From Candidatus Iainarchaeum sp. (GTDB lineage: Archaea; Iainarchaeota; Iainarchaeia; Iainarchaeales; VGJJ01): a DNA stretch of 32,000 nucleotides. The first letter of the stretch is position 1; each line of letters starts with the position of its first letter. The stretch is from the NCBI GenBank assembly GCA_030688545.1, contig JAUYHT010000006.1, positions 413,966-445,965 on the forward strand. The letters run 5' to 3'. Made by a program: the position numbers and the translations under genes. The notes below the pieces were generated by a model, which had not been told where the DNA came from, did no database searches, and was given only the letters and a program-made list of their open reading frames with translations. Shown in pieces: positions 30,875 to 32,000 of this stretch.

Positions 30875-32000
30875 GCGCTTGCCCCCGTAATTGCATTTAG
30901 TGTTTTAATTGTCCGTCGTGGTGAACCACGTCCTGCAACAGCGATAGTGTCATACGCTGAGATGGTCATGTAATCGAAGGTGATTGAATCCGCGCCGGAG
31001 ACGACCCATCTTTTTTGAATGAAATTTACGCTCGCCCAATTGATTGCTTTAGTGGCCCATGCAATATCGTCTAAATCGATCAGCAAATAGGTGGGTTGAT
31101 CGTTATCGAGTGCAAATGCTGAAACGTGTCCGGCCACTTTCCATGCGTATTGTTTTGCTTGATTTTCGCAATAGTTTGTTGAGGATGATCCAATTCGAAC
31201 GTCAAAGTCTGTTACATTTCCTCCATTGAGGATGTATCCCCATACTCCGAGCGTTCCGCGCCAAGGATAGAACCAGGTGTTGTCCCATATTGCGTTTGTG
31301 ATGCTTCCGTGATTTGCATTTGCACTGCTATCACTTGCTTGGGTTCCTGTTCCTATATTGAGTTTCCACCATCCAATAAGATTTGTCGTAGAAATTTGAG
31401 TAGGCTTATTGTATATGGCTGCGACTTCAACCGATCCAACTAATCGATTCCAGAATGCTGCATTAGCGATTCTTCCATTGAATTCAAATCCAGCCGTGAG
31501 ATCTCCGCGTGTTGCAATGGCGAGTGCAATGTTGTTGAGAATGCTTCCCGTAATCGAGGTCGTCGATGATCCGGATCCAATTTCTACTCCATTGACATAG
31601 GTTCGAATAATACGATTGGGGCCATCATTCGTAAACGTAAGCATGTCCCACTGTGCATCGGTTACGGAGCCAACCGGGGAGGTGGCCGTGTTTGTGCCAT
31701 CGAAGAGTTGGAGGGCAACTGTATTTCCTGCAGCACTGCATAGCGCGTGATAGCCGGCGCTGGCCGTATCTCCTGCTTTCGAAAATAGTCGCTTATTTCC
31801 GGTGCCCCCACTTGTTTTGTTGACCCATAGGTTAATGGTAAATGAGTCTGTTTTTTCGAGATCATAGGCACTAATCTCGGGTATGGCCACGTAGTCTCCG
31901 CTTCCATCAAAATTCAAGCAATAAGTTTTGAGGGTATTAACCAGGTTGAGTGTGCTTCCTCCATAATTTACGATTCCTGTTCCGGTGGAAACTGCCCACG
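30871..32000 (-). CDS. LamG / concanavalin-A-like lectin domain fibre protein (5' end lies beyond the window)
   Basis: FDGSGDYVAIPE...DSFTINLWVNK...WDMLTFTNDG...YVNGVEIGS...FNGRIANAAFWNRLVGSVEVAAIYN is a typical Laminin_G_3 pattern. A second LamG-like start follows (LIGWWKLNIGTGTQASDSSANANHG). The track start at 31917 is a TTG, and I read the frame as open from there to nt 32000. Confidence 0.7.
   Translation of the reverse strand, partial: WAVSTGTGIVNYGGSTLNLVNTLKTYCLNFDGSGDYVAIPEISAYDLEKTDSFTINLWVNKTSGGTGNKRLFSKAGDTASAGYHALCSAAGNTVALQLFDGTNTATSPVGSVTDAQWDMLTFTNDGPNRIIRTYVNGVEIGSGSSTTSITGSILNNIALAIATRGDLTAGFEFNGRIANAAFWNRLVGSVEVAAIYNKPTQISTTNLIGWWKLNIGTGTQASDSSANANHGSITNAIWDNTWFYPWRGTLGVWGYILNGGNVTDFDVRIGSSSTNYCENQAKQYAWKVAGHVSAFALDNDQPTYLLIDLDDIAWATKAINWASVNFIQKRWVVSGADSITFDYMTISAYDTIAVAGRGSPRRTIKTLNAITGASA

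Larger units (their letters stand above)
24656..32000. mobile_element. Left part of an integrated tailed-virus-like (provirus or tailocin-like) element; the right end lies beyond the window
   Basis: The region holds a tRNA-like junction, a tyrosine integrase, an HTH regulator, and a compact overlapping minus-strand operon with LamG and collar-motif fibre proteins, a transglutaminase-fold peptidase and small membrane proteins. It is visibly more AT-rich than the housekeeping block. Confidence 0.65.

Noticed and set aside
28794-32000. Diversity-generating retroelement targeting the fibre or LamG genes
   Set aside because: I saw no reverse transcriptase ORF and no template/variable near-repeat pair in the window. 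It can only be revisited with the rest of the element.

Overview
All calls were made by eye from the sequence and the ORF track; no searches were run. This is an archaeal chromosomal window, shown by eukaryote/archaea-type ribosomal proteins (S24e, S27ae, S6e, L24e, S28e, L7Ae) plus aIF2-gamma, aIF5B, Kae1, Spt4 and Rpo7/RpoE'. The lineage cannot be assigned from sequence alone. It looks like an uncultivated archaeon that mixes strong Shine-Dalgarno sites with leaderless starts.

Layout:
(a) 1-1.6 kb: a Cys-pair repeat protein, a small membrane protein, a tandem AT-rich repeat array, and a GC-rich ORF for a 61-aa protamine-like, arginine-rich protein with a strong SD and a terminator.
(b) 1.6-15.4 kb: a mostly minus-strand housekeeping block. 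It contains ribL, kae1, a CPBP protease, rps27ae, rps24e, spt4, rpoE', a Fcf1-like PIN protein, eif2g, rps6e, infB, a kinase-dCMP deaminase fusion, dut, ndk, rpl24e, rps28e, rpl7ae, a HAD hydrolase, a GT2-like protein and a YbaK-like deacylase. A candidate k-turn overlaps the SD in the rpl7ae leader. An AT-rich orphan winged-helix gene sits inside the block.
(c) 15.4-24.4 kb: an accessory cell-envelope region. It holds a large C-terminally anchored surface protein with a Gly/Ser linker, two tandem paralogous small TM/coiled-coil proteins, a second copy of the AT-rich repeat array, two more exported proteins, a 395-aa helical protein, a degenerate KaiC-like protein convergent with it, a class-III-signal-peptide pilin, an intact single-domain KaiC-like ATPase, and an RHH/PIN-like (DUF3368-type) toxin-antitoxin pair with an operator palindrome.
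(d) 24.66 kb to the window end: a tRNA-Gly(GCC)-like sequence whose 5' acceptor strand does not pair, then a tyrosine integrase, a leaderless HTH gene, and a compact AT-richer minus-strand operon. The operon encodes a LamG fibre protein, a collar-motif fibre protein, a transglutaminase-fold peptidase and small membrane proteins.

I read (d) as the left part of an integrated tailed-virus-like (or tailocin-like) element that runs past nt 32000. This element is the most likely candidate for something new. The KaiC/pseudo-KaiC/pilin cluster, the dispersed repeat arrays and the Arg-rich microprotein are secondary candidates.
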